Source: an uncultured Pelagibacteraceae bacterium (GTDB lineage: Bacteria > Pseudomonadota > Alphaproteobacteria > Pelagibacterales > Pelagibacteraceae). From it: a DNA stretch of 64,000 bases. This document shows positions 38,569 to 47,884 of this stretch, piece after piece; the first letter of the stretch is position 1; each line of letters starts with the position of its first letter. The notes under the pieces are model-generated. The model saw nothing but the letters and a program-made list of their open reading frames with translations. It had not been told where the DNA came from and searched no databases. The position numbers and the translations under genes were made by a program. Location: assembly GCA_902587435.1 (NCBI GenBank), contig CACILF010000003.1, positions 7,801 to 71,800 on the forward strand, given 5' to 3'.

Positions 38569-38623
38569 ACTATGAATATAATATGTGTTGATATTTAAAA
38601 TACAAGGTCAAATTTGTCACTAA

Positions 38624-39316
38624 TTACAATCTATCTAAAGTAAGTCCTTTAACATTTGCAGGTACAGCAATATCCATCATCTTGGGATTTGCTAAGTTTA
38701 GATTATTCATTATTTCTGCATACTGTTCTTTTGAACTTACTTGAAGTCTAGGATTATTATTTTTTTCATTTTCAATTGTTGAGTATTTTTTTCCATTATA
38801 ATCATGTGCTGGATACACCAAAGTGTCTTTTGGTAATTTTAGTAATTTATTAAATAAAGATTCATAAGCATCTTCTGCACTTCCATTTTGAAAGTCTGTT
38901 CTTCCAGTTCCATTTATTAAGAGAGTGTCACCTGTAAAAACTCTGTCATTCATTAAATAACTGTAAGAACAGTCTGTATGACCCGGAGTATAAATTGCTT
39001 TAAGTTCTATGTTTTCTACATTTATTTTTTCACTATCTTTTATTCTTAAATCAATTACTTCAGATTTAGATTTTTCTCCCATAATTCTAGTACAGTTAGT
39101 TCTTTTATTTAGTTCGTTTAATCCAGTGACATGATCTGCATGTATATGTGTGTCAATTACTTTAACTAATTTTAATTCTAAATTTTTTAATACCTCTATG
39201 TATTTATCTGTATGTTCAATTACAGGATCAATTATTAAGGCCTCTCTACCTTTTCCACTTGATATAATGTAAGTGTAGGTTGAAGATTTGGTGTCAAATA
39301 ATTGTTCAAATATCAT
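38624..39316 (-). CDS. ETHE1-like persulfide dioxygenase (MBL fold)
   Basis: SSTYTY, IDPV, THIHADH, TPGHT, GRTDFQ, YPAHDY, NPRL, AVPAN. Confidence 0.88.
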   Translation of the reverse strand: MIFEQLFDTKSSTYTYIISSGKGREALIIDPVIEHTDKYIEVLKNLELKLVKVIDTHIHADHVTGLNELNKRTNCTRIMGEKSKSEVIDLRIKDSEKINVENIELKAIYTPGHTDCSYSYLMNDRVFTGDTLLINGTGRTDFQNGSAEDAYESLFNKLLKLPKDTLVYPAHDYNGKKYSTIENEKNNNPRLQVSSKEQYAEIMNNLNLANPKMMDIAVPANVKGLTLDRL

Positions 39317-39339
39317 TAGTTACTAAATACTATAAAAAA

Positions 39340-39368
39340 TTGCATAGCAAATCAATCTTGCTTATAAT
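39340..39368 (+). promoter_or_regulatory. Sigma70-type promoter of peroxiredoxin
   Basis: TTGCAT-17nt-TATAAT followed by AAGGAG RBS. Confidence 0.65.
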
Positions 39369-39400
39369 AATTCTAAAAAACAAATTCAAAGGAGAATTGA

Positions 39401-40063
39401 ATGACTTTAAAAATAAATAGTGTAGCTCCAGATTTCAAAGCTAAAACTCAAATGGGAGAAATTTCGTTTCATGAGTGGCTTGGAGATAGTTGGGGTGTTT
39501 TATTTTCACACCCAAAAGACTTTACTCCAGTTTGTACAACTGAACTTGGTGCATTAGCAAAAATGAAACCAGAGTTTGACAAAAGAAACGTAAAAGTTAT
39601 GGGTTTAAGTGTAGATCCAGTTGATGATCACGTGAAATGGATAGATGATATTACAGATGTTTGTGGAATGAAACCTGAGTATCCAATTGTTGCTGATGAA
39701 AAATTAGAAGTTGCAAAACTTTATAATATGCTTGAAGCAGATGCAGGTGTAAGCTCAGGTGGTAGAACTGCAGTAGACAATGAAACAGTTAGAACAGTTT
39801 ATGTAATAAGACCAGATAAGAGAATTGGTTTGTTTTTAACATATCCGATGACAACTGGTAGAAACTTTCATGAGATCTTGAGAGCTATAGATTCAATGCA
39901 AAGAACTATTAAACATAAAATTGCTACGCCAGCTGACTGGAAGCCTGGAGAAAAAGTAATTATTGTTCCTAAAGTTACAAATGAGGAAGCAAAAAAAATA
40001 TATCCAGATGGTTGGGAAACAATAAAACCTTATTTGCGTAAGGTTCCAGATCCACATAAATAA
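39401..40063 (+). CDS. 1-Cys peroxiredoxin (Prx6)
   Basis: FSHPKDFTPVCTTE, YP.TTGRNF.EILR, ATPADW. Confidence 0.94.
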   Translation: MTLKINSVAPDFKAKTQMGEISFHEWLGDSWGVLFSHPKDFTPVCTTELGALAKMKPEFDKRNVKVMGLSVDPVDDHVKWIDDITDVCGMKPEYPIVADEKLEVAKLYNMLEADAGVSSGGRTAVDNETVRTVYVIRPDKRIGLFLTYPMTTGRNFHEILRAIDSMQRTIKHKIATPADWKPGEKVIIVPKVTNEEAKKIYPDGWETIKPYLRKVPDPHK

Positions 40064-40065
40064 AT

Positions 40066-40719
40066 TTGGATCAAAAAAAATTAAACCAACAATCTCAGCA
40101 TTGGGAAAATAATTTCTCAAGTAAGCCTGAGATGTTCGGTTTAGATCCAAGTTTATCGGCAAAAAAAGCTCTGAAACTTTTTCAAGAAAAAAATATTAAA
40201 AGTGTAATTGAGCTCGGAGCAGGACTAGGAAGAGACACTATTTTTTTTGGAAAAAACTTAATCCACACGATAGCTTTAGATTATAGTCCATCTGGAATTA
40301 AAGTTATTGATCAGAAAATAAAAAAAGCAAATTTATCTAAATATATTTCAAGTAAACTATTTGATGTAAGAGAAAAACTTCCATTCGAAGATAATTCTAT
40401 AGATGCATGCTATTCTCATATGCTTTATTGCATGGCTTTAACAACTGAAGATTTGGCAAAACTAAATAACGAGATTAAAAGAATTTTAAAACCTGGTGGT
40501 ATTAATATTTATACAGTGCGCCACACAAATGATGGTGATTTTCAAAATGGAAATCACATAGGGGAAGATTTATATGAAAATGATGGATTTATTGTTCATT
40601 ATTTTTCAGAAGAAAAAATTAATTCTTTATTAAATGGATTTAAAAACATTAGTCTAGAAAAATTTGAAGAAGGTACCTTTCCAAGAAAATTATATTTTAT
40701 TGTAAATGAAAAAAAATAA
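40066..40719 (+). CDS. Class I SAM-dependent methyltransferase
   Basis: IELGAGLGRD, LPFEDNSID, RILKPGG. Confidence 0.88.
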   Translation: MDQKKLNQQSQHWENNFSSKPEMFGLDPSLSAKKALKLFQEKNIKSVIELGAGLGRDTIFFGKNLIHTIALDYSPSGIKVIDQKIKKANLSKYISSKLFDVREKLPFEDNSIDACYSHMLYCMALTTEDLAKLNNEIKRILKPGGINIYTVRHTNDGDFQNGNHIGEDLYENDGFIVHYFSEEKINSLLNGFKNISLEKFEEGTFPRKLYFIVNEKK

Positions 40720-40720
40720 T

Positions 40721-41416
40721 TTATTTTTTGTATTTTTTCATACAAACTTCAGCTAATAACAAGTTTGGATCAATAAAGAGCCTTGATTCTTTAGCTTTTC
40801 TAAATGATTTGTAAGCAAAAATAGCTATTGGTAATTCTGTACATCCCAAAATAATTTTTTTACACTTTTTTCTAATTAAATATTTTACAGCAGCTCTTAA
40901 TGCTATTTCAGCTTCTTTAACTTTACCCATTTTAACAAGTCTTATTGCTTTATTTACAGAATTTTTTTGTAATTTTTTTTCAGGACTAATTAGTTTAAAA
41001 TTTTTATCAAAATAATCATTATAAATATTTGTTTTTAAAGTTGCCTCAGTACACAAAATACCAATAGTAGAATTTTTTTTACACTTTTTTTTTGTATGTA
41101 AATAAACTTCTTTTGGCATACTTAGCAAAGGAACATTGATTTTCTTTTGAATATCTTTGTGCCAATAATGTGCAGTATTGCATGGCATAACAATAAATTT
41201 ACATTTATTTTTTTGTAACATTTTACAACCATCAACAAGGGCTTTTAAAACATTATAGTATTTCTTTAAATTTTCAGGTCTTTTTGGTGTATTAGATTTA
41301 TTGTAAAGAATAAACATTGGGTATTGTTGATCTAGTTTGCCCCGGTTAAGTTTTGCTAATTTATTACAAAAATCTAAACCTGCTTGTGTTCCCATTCCTC
41401 CTAATATTCCGATCAT
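40721..41416 (-). CDS. Aspartate/glutamate racemase family (possibly cysteate racemase)
   Basis: IGILGGMG, PCNTAH and LGCTELP catalytic cysteines. Confidence 0.88.
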   Translation of the reverse strand: MIGILGGMGTQAGLDFCNKLAKLNRGKLDQQYPMFILYNKSNTPKRPENLKKYYNVLKALVDGCKMLQKNKCKFIVMPCNTAHYWHKDIQKKINVPLLSMPKEVYLHTKKKCKKNSTIGILCTEATLKTNIYNDYFDKNFKLISPEKKLQKNSVNKAIRLVKMGKVKEAEIALRAAVKYLIRKKCKKIILGCTELPIAIFAYKSFRKAKESRLFIDPNLLLAEVCMKKYKK

Positions 41417-41483
41417 AAAGATTATTTAAATATTGATTTTTGTTTTTAACATTTATGTATACAACTATATTTTAAATATAATT

Positions 41484-42236
41484 ATGCAAGACATATATAT
41501 TGATGATATTGGATCAGGTTTCCCTTTAGTTTTAGTTCACGGGTATTTAGGTTCTTCAGAAATGTGGAATTTGCAAAAAAAATTCTTAAGTAAGCATTTT
41601 AGAATAATTACACCGGCTTTACCTGGTTTTGGAGAAAGTTATAAAGCTCAATCTTCAGACAATATTAATTCAATTGCAAAATTTGTATTAAAATGTCTAG
41701 ATGAAAAAAAAATAAATGAATTTCATTTAATGGGACACTCAATGGGAGGAATGGTAGTTCAAGAAATGGTAAAAATTTCTGAAAATAGAATTAAAAAGTT
41801 AATTTGTTTTGCAACTGGTTCAATTGGAGATATCCCAGGAAGATTTGAACCAATAGAAACTACAAGAGAAAAATTAAAAAAAGATGGATTAAAAGAAACA
41901 ATAAATAGAGTTCCACAAAAGTGGTTTGTTGAAGGTGATAAGGCTAAATATTATTATTTTTGCGAAAATGCAGTTAAAAATATTTCTATAGAAACGGCAG
42001 ATAATGCTCTTAAAGCTATGAAAAATTGGAGAGGCTATGAAAATTTAAAAAATATTAAGCAAGATACCCTGATCATTTGGGGCGATAAAGATGTTTCGTA
42101 TAATTTCGATCAAGTTGATGCCTTAAAAAAAAATATATCTAGTAGTCAATTAGAGATCTTCAAAGGTTGTGGCCATAATGTTCATCTTGAAGAACCTCAA
42201 AAGTTCAATGAAACGGTAAAAAATTTCTTATCATGA
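41484..42236 (+). CDS. Alpha/beta hydrolase
   Basis: LVHG, GHSMGG nucleophile, GH catalytic His; ATG 41484 preferred to TTG 41433. Confidence 0.88.
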   Translation: MQDIYIDDIGSGFPLVLVHGYLGSSEMWNLQKKFLSKHFRIITPALPGFGESYKAQSSDNINSIAKFVLKCLDEKKINEFHLMGHSMGGMVVQEMVKISENRIKKLICFATGSIGDIPGRFEPIETTREKLKKDGLKETINRVPQKWFVEGDKAKYYYFCENAVKNISIETADNALKAMKNWRGYENLKNIKQDTLIIWGDKDVSYNFDQVDALKKNISSSQLEIFKGCGHNVHLEEPQKFNETVKNFLS

Positions 42237-43399
42237 ACAGAAATCTTTCATTACTTGTTTCAAGTCAAGTATTTGCCTTTACTGCTGCTACAGTAACTGT
42301 TTTTATAAGTGGTATTATTGGATCACAATTAAGTCCTATAAAAACATTGTCTACACTTCCTCCATCAATATATGTAGTTGGAACTGCAGCAGCTACAATA
42401 TTTGCTGCTAAAATAATGAGCAAAATCGGAAGAAGACTTGGATTTGTGTTTTCTTCTGTTGCTGGTTCAATTGCTTGTTTGATCGGTGCTTATTCAATAA
42501 TGATAGAAAGTTTTTTTATATTTTGTATAGCTAAATTTTTTTTAGGAGCCACTATGGCTTTTACACATCAATATCGTTTTGCTGCAGCTGAAAGTGTAGA
42601 AAAAGATAAAGCTCCCAAGGCTATTTCATCACTATTATTAGCCGGTATCGTTGCTGCTTTTCTTGGTATAAGTTTATCAAATTATACAAAAAATTTTGTA
42701 AGCGATTATTTATATGTAGGTTCTTATTTAACATTAGCAGTTTTAACATTAATACCTTCATTTTTATTATTTTTTTTTAGAGACACTAAAGAAGTTTCTT
42801 TTGTATCTAATGAAGAAAATAAATCTAGAAATTATTTAGAATTCCTTTCTGATCCAAAATTTTTACAAGCAATTACCTCAGCAGCTTTTGCTTATGCGGT
42901 AATGTCTTTTTTAATGACAGCAACACCAATAAGTATGCATATTGTACATCATTTAAGCTTAGAAAAGACAGGTATAGTTCTTCAATTTCATGTTTTAGCG
43001 ATGTTTTTGCCATCACTATTTACTGGAAATTTAATCAAAAAGTTTGGTTATAGTTATATGATGTATGCAGGTGTTTTTTTTTATATTTTAACAATCTTAA
43101 TGAGTTTTTTTGAACCATCTTTTTTAAATTATTTTATCAGCTTAATTTTTTTAGGTATTGGATGGAATTTTTTATTTATATCTGGGACTAGTTTGCTGGT
43201 TACAACTTATAAACCTGAAGAAAAGTTTAAAGCTCAAGGATTTAATGATTTATTAGTTTTTTCTTCTATGGCAATTGCAAGTTTATCCGCTGGTGTTTTA
43301 ATTTCTCTTGCTAGCTGGAAAACTGTTAACTTATTTTGTATACCTTTTTTGATCTTAATTGTTCTATCAATAATAAATGCCGATCGTAAAACTATATGA
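42233..43399 (+). CDS. MFS transporter
   Basis: 12 TM, GRR.GF, YRFAAAE, MTATP. Confidence 0.88.
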   Translation: MNRNLSLLVSSQVFAFTAATVTVFISGIIGSQLSPIKTLSTLPPSIYVVGTAAATIFAAKIMSKIGRRLGFVFSSVAGSIACLIGAYSIMIESFFIFCIAKFFLGATMAFTHQYRFAAAESVEKDKAPKAISSLLLAGIVAAFLGISLSNYTKNFVSDYLYVGSYLTLAVLTLIPSFLLFFFRDTKEVSFVSNEENKSRNYLEFLSDPKFLQAITSAAFAYAVMSFLMTATPISMHIVHHLSLEKTGIVLQFHVLAMFLPSLFTGNLIKKFGYSYMMYAGVFFYILTILMSFFEPSFLNYFISLIFLGIGWNFLFISGTSLLVTTYKPEEKFKAQGFNDLLVFSSMAIASLSAGVLISLASWKTVNLFCIPFLILIVLSIINADRKTI

Positions 43400-44010
43400 G
43401 TTTTTTAATACTTGGTTTTATTACAGGTTTGAGTTTAATTTTTGCAATAGGTGCTCAAAATATTTTTGTAATTGAACAAGGTTTAAAGAAACAATATGTT
43501 TTTTTAGTTTGTTTAATTTGTTCAATATCAGACTTAATTTTAATTTTTTTAGGAATATTTTTATTTGAATATTTGAAAATTTACTTCACAAAAAATGTTG
43601 AATTAATTTTTAATATATTGCTTTTTATCTTTTTAATTTACTTTATTTATAGCAAAGTAAGGTCTTTATATAAAAGATCAGAAATAAACTTTGAAGGCAG
43701 TAATTTATCCCTTAAAAATATAATAATTAAAACTCTAGGATTTACATATTTAAATCCACATGTTTATTCAGATACAGTATTTTTTTTAGGAAATTTTTCA
43801 AAAAATTTCTTAATTTCACATAAATATTTTTTTGGAATTGGTGCAGCTTTTGCGTCATTTTTATTTTTTTTTTCATTAGGTTATTTAGCTAAATTTTTTT
43901 CGGACTATTTGATAAATTCAAAAGTTTGGCAAATTATAAATTTTTTTATAATTATATTTATGACTGTTTTATCAAGTTATGTATTTATAGAAATTATAGA
44001 TTTAGTTTGA
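43396..44010 (+). CDS. LysE/ArgO family exporter
   Basis: LI.AIGAQN.FV..QGL and T.LNPHVY.DT. Confidence 0.9.
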   Translation: MSFLILGFITGLSLIFAIGAQNIFVIEQGLKKQYVFLVCLICSISDLILIFLGIFLFEYLKIYFTKNVELIFNILLFIFLIYFIYSKVRSLYKRSEINFEGSNLSLKNIIIKTLGFTYLNPHVYSDTVFFLGNFSKNFLISHKYFFGIGAAFASFLFFFSLGYLAKFFSDYLINSKVWQIINFFIIIFMTVLSSYVFIEIIDLV

Positions 44011-44044
44011 CATCTATATATTAAAATTAATATTATAAATTAAT

Positions 44045-45100
44045 ATGTCTAATATTAAATTTTCAAATGTTCATAAGTCATTTGGTCAAAATAAAATTAT
44101 TAATAATTTTAATCTTGAAGGTAAAGAAGATGAATTTTTAGTTCTAGTCGGTCCTTCAGGATGTGGTAAGTCTACTTTATTGAGAATGATCGCAGGATTA
44201 GAAAAAGTCGATGAAGGAAAAATTCAAATCAATGATAAAATTATCAACGAATTACATCCCTCTAAAAGAGAAACAGCGATGGTTTTCCAATCTTATGCTT
44301 TGTATCCTCATATGAATGTATATGAGAATATGTCTTTTGGACTCAAAATTGAAAAACAAAGTAAAGAGGAAATTCAAACAAAGGTTTCAAGAGCAGCAAA
44401 AATACTTAAAATTGAAGAACTTTTAGAAAGAAGACCTAAACAGTTATCTGGAGGTCAAAGACAAAGAGTAGCTATTGGAAGAGCAATTACCAGAAATCCT
44501 AAAATATTTTTATTTGATGAGCCATTGTCAAATCTAGATGCAGCATTGAGGGCAGAAATGAGAGTTGAGATTTCAAAACTACACCAACAAATCAAGACAA
44601 ATATGATTTATGTTACCCATGATCAGGTTGAGGCAATGACTTTAGCAGATAGAATAGTTATTTTAAATCAAGGTAATATAGAACAAGTAGGTACACCAGA
44701 AGAAATTTATAGTGACCCAGCTAACATTTTTGTTGCACAATTTATAGGAACGCCAAAAATGAATATTTTAGAAATTGATGAAAAGGATATTAAATCAGAA
44801 AAAATAATAAAAGTATTAGGCAACGAACTTACTATAAAAAATGCAAAATTAGAAAAAAGAAAACATTTTATTGGTATTAGACCAGAACATTTAAAAATAA
44901 ATAATGAAACAAAATTTAAATTTTCACCTGAAATAGATATTATTGAGAATTTAGGTAACGAAAAAATTGTTTATATGAAAAAAGATAACCATCAATTAAG
45001 TGCCAAAATATCTAGTGGAACTGAAATTGGAAATTCATTTGGTTTTGATCTTCAAAACATTTTTATTTTTAATGAAAATGGAAAAAGGATCAAATGTTAA
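44045..45100 (+). CDS. Sugar ABC ATPase (MalK/UgpC-like)
   Basis: GPSGCGKST, LSGGQRQR, FDEPLSNLDA, YVTHDQ. Confidence 0.95.
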   Translation: MSNIKFSNVHKSFGQNKIINNFNLEGKEDEFLVLVGPSGCGKSTLLRMIAGLEKVDEGKIQINDKIINELHPSKRETAMVFQSYALYPHMNVYENMSFGLKIEKQSKEEIQTKVSRAAKILKIEELLERRPKQLSGGQRQRVAIGRAITRNPKIFLFDEPLSNLDAALRAEMRVEISKLHQQIKTNMIYVTHDQVEAMTLADRIVILNQGNIEQVGTPEEIYSDPANIFVAQFIGTPKMNILEIDEKDIKSEKIIKVLGNELTIKNAKLEKRKHFIGIRPEHLKINNETKFKFSPEIDIIENLGNEKIVYMKKDNHQLSAKISSGTEIGNSFGFDLQNIFIFNENGKRIKC

Positions 45101-45130
45101 CTCAACTTAAGATTGATATACTTTTTTAAA

Positions 45131-45151
45131 TTTTGTTATTTTATAACAAAA
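45131..45151. promoter_or_regulatory. Palindrome, operator or weak terminator
   Basis: TTTTGTTAT-TTT-ATAACAAAA. Confidence 0.4.
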
Positions 45152-45156
45152 AATCA

Positions 45157-45179
45157 TATGCATTACTTGCATACCTGAT
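45157..45179 (+). promoter_or_regulatory. Putative LysR-type operator upstream of sugar-binding protein
   Basis: TATGCA-TTACT-TGCATA-CC-TGAT perfect dyad (T-N11-A), centred about 30 nt upstream of TTGAGA-16nt-TAATAT. Confidence 0.6.
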
Positions 45180-45247
45180 CATTAGAACTACTGATTGAGA
45201 CATTTTGTCATTAACTTAATATGGAATAATTAAAACAAGGAGATGTT

Positions 45248-46573
45248 ATGAAAAACATATGTAAACTTATCTGCATCTTAACTATGTTTTACTCAAACAT
45301 AGCCTATGCAGATATTAAATTTTGGACCACGGAAGTCCAACCAGCAAGAATGGCTAAGCAGGAAGAGATGGCGAAATCTTTTGAAGCTAAAACTGGGATT
45401 AAAGTTGAAGTAATTCCAATTGAGGAAAAAGATTTAGGAACTCGTGCAACAGCCGCAGCCGCATCTGGAAATCTTCCGGACGTAATCTATCATACTTTGC
45501 AATATGTTCTGCCATGGGCTGAAGCGGGTATATTAGATGTTGATGCTAATAATGATGTAGTTAAGGCACTTGGTAAAAAAACTTTTGCACCAGGAGCACT
45601 TAATATGGCTAAATCAGGTTCTAAAATAGCCGCAGTACCAGTAGACGGATGGACTCAAATGGTAGTCTATAGAAAAGATCTATTTGAAAAAGCTGGGCTA
45701 GATGCACCAACAAATTATGCAAATATTACCAAAGCAATAAAAGCTTTATCAGGTGATAATATGTATGGTTTCGTTGCAGCAACAAAAACTGACGAAAACT
45801 TTATGAGTCAAGTTTTAGAGCATGTTCTTTTAGCAAACGGTGTAAATTTAGTTAAAAAAGGTGGAACAAAAAAACAAGGTAAAGCTTTAAAAAATTCTTT
45901 AGAATTTTACAAAGTTTTAGCTAAAGCTAGTCCTCCAGGAGAGCTTTATTGGAAACAATCTAGAGCATTGTATTTTGCTGGTAGAACACCAATGATAATT
46001 TGGTCTCCATTTATAATGGATGAATTAGCAGGACTAAGAGACTCTGCACCACCAACATTTAACGTTGATCCAACTTCTAATGAGTTAGCACAAAAAACTG
46101 GTTTTATAACTAATTTTAGTGGGCCAAATAATAAAAAAGGAGCTGCTTGGGCAGATATTAGATATTTTGGAATAACTGCAGATGCAGATACAGATGAAGC
46201 TAAAAAATTTATCATGTATTCTATGGATGAAGGTTACGCAAGTACATTATCTATAGCTCCAGAAGGTAAATTCCCAGTAAGAAGAGGTAACTCTAGCGAT
46301 CCAAATGCATTTACAAAAGCTTGGAGTAAATTACCTGTAGGAGTAGACAGAAAAGCTCCGTTAACAGATCTTTACTCTGCTGATGTAATCAATAATATTG
46401 TTGCAGGATTAGATACTGCAAGCAGATGGGGAGTTAAAGAAGGGGAATTATCTAGAGCATCAAAAATTATTAACGCTCAGTTTCTAAATAGAATCACTAG
46501 AGAATATATAGACGATGAAATCTCTGTTGATGAAGCTGTTAATAAAATTAATGCTGAGTTAGCTAAATTCTAA
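45248..46573 (+). CDS. Sugar ABC substrate-binding protein (family 1)
   Basis: Signal peptide, GIKVEV, LPDVI, YRKDLF.KAGL; AAGGAG RBS. Confidence 0.9.
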   Translation: MKNICKLICILTMFYSNIAYADIKFWTTEVQPARMAKQEEMAKSFEAKTGIKVEVIPIEEKDLGTRATAAAASGNLPDVIYHTLQYVLPWAEAGILDVDANNDVVKALGKKTFAPGALNMAKSGSKIAAVPVDGWTQMVVYRKDLFEKAGLDAPTNYANITKAIKALSGDNMYGFVAATKTDENFMSQVLEHVLLANGVNLVKKGGTKKQGKALKNSLEFYKVLAKASPPGELYWKQSRALYFAGRTPMIIWSPFIMDELAGLRDSAPPTFNVDPTSNELAQKTGFITNFSGPNNKKGAAWADIRYFGITADADTDEAKKFIMYSMDEGYASTLSIAPEGKFPVRRGNSSDPNAFTKAWSKLPVGVDRKAPLTDLYSADVINNIVAGLDTASRWGVKEGELSRASKIINAQFLNRITREYIDDEISVDEAVNKINAELAKF

Positions 46574-46587
46574 TAATTTTAATTTTT

Positions 46588-46624
46588 AAAAAAAGCGGGT
46601 AATATTATTTATCCGCTTTTTTTT
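46588..46624 (+). terminator. Intrinsic terminator-like hairpin after the binding-protein gene
   Basis: AAAAAAAGCGGGTAA...TTATCCGCTTTTTTTT, U-tract immediately before the permease ATG. Confidence 0.75.
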
Positions 46625-47884
46625 ATGAACGATACACTAGCAAAAACAGAAAAGAGAACAGCATATGTGCTAACTTTACCTGCGGTATTTTTAGTTTTTG
46701 CAATAGTCTTATTTCCAATTTTTGCAAATGTTTGGATTAGTTTTAAAGAAGTTGAATTAAAAGATATAAGAATACCCGAACCACGGGCAAAAAAAATTGT
46801 TAAATCTATTTCAGGGGAAACTACAAAAATTAAAATTCTTTATAAACTGAGAAATAGCTCTTTATTACAAGAAATTAGAGATGTTACTTTTCAAGACAAA
46901 TATCCTAAAAATTTTCAACCAAAAGATTTAGACAAAAGATGTGAATTCAAAAAAAATAAATTAAATTGTAAATTTGGAAATTGGCCAGCAAAATACAGAG
47001 AAAACTTTGAAGTAATTTTTGAGACTAAAGATGGATCCAATGTAAGTAAAAATGAAATAAAATCAATAAAACCAAAGCTAAAAGGAAAGTCTGACAATAT
47101 TTTACTCAATACAAAGTTTACTCTAAAAAATTTTAAAAAAGTTCTGTTCGAGAATGAGTTTATAGATCTATTATTAACTACGTTTTATTATACTTTTTTT
47201 GGCACTGTTGGTTCAATTGTATTTGGGATATTGACTGCTCAAATGGTCAACCAGAAATTCTTTGGTAGAACATTTATGAGGAGTGTTTTGCTTTTCCCAT
47301 ATGTAGCACCAGTTGTAGCATTAGCTTATACTTGGGAGCTTTTACTTGATCCAAACAGCGGTACTTTAAATAGTTTGTTAATTAATTATCAAATAATAGA
47401 AACACCGATTAATTTATTAGGTCAAAAATATATTGTAGTTAATATTTTAGGATTTGATTTTAAATTAAGACTTGCCCTTACAACAGTTATTATTTTTGAA
47501 ATATGGAGATATTTTCCGTTGGCTTTTTTATTTATTCTTGCCAGATTACAGGCTATTCCAAAGGAATTATATGAAGCTGCTGATGTAGACGGAGCAAGTC
47601 CTTTCCAAAAATTTTTTAAAATAACATTGCCTCAGATTACAGCTGTAATTTCTATTTTGTTCATGATTAGATTTATTTGGAATTTTAATAAATTTGAGGA
47701 TGTTTTTTTGCTTACAGGTGGAGCATCTGGAACCAGGACTTTACCAATAAATGTGTATCAGCAAGGTTTTGCAATATCAGATATTGGCACTGGCTCAGCC
47801 GTATCTATAGTAATAGTAATTCTTTTACTTCTTTTTATGTTTTTCTATTTTAAACTTTTAGGAAAGAGAGTTGATGAAAACTAA
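46625..47884 (+). CDS. Sugar ABC permease (MalF-like) with periplasmic insertion
   Basis: LQAIP.ELYEAA.VDGA EAA motif; about 100-aa soluble insert after TM1. Confidence 0.92.
   Translation: MNDTLAKTEKRTAYVLTLPAVFLVFAIVLFPIFANVWISFKEVELKDIRIPEPRAKKIVKSISGETTKIKILYKLRNSSLLQEIRDVTFQDKYPKNFQPKDLDKRCEFKKNKLNCKFGNWPAKYRENFEVIFETKDGSNVSKNEIKSIKPKLKGKSDNILLNTKFTLKNFKKVLFENEFIDLLLTTFYYTFFGTVGSIVFGILTAQMVNQKFFGRTFMRSVLLFPYVAPVVALAYTWELLLDPNSGTLNSLLINYQIIETPINLLGQKYIVVNILGFDFKLRLALTTVIIFEIWRYFPLAFLFILARLQAIPKELYEAADVDGASPFQKFFKITLPQITAVISILFMIRFIWNFNKFEDVFLLTGGASGTRTLPINVYQQGFAISDIGTGSAVSIVIVILLLLFMFFYFKLLGKRVDEN

Noticed and set aside
41433-41483. N-terminal extension of the alpha/beta hydrolase from TTG 41433
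   Set aside because: AT-rich promoter-like sequence; the fold begins at ATG 41484.
45101-45247. Riboswitch in the long leader of the sugar-binding protein
   Set aside because: No riboswitch consensus recognised; the dyads are better explained as protein-binding sites.
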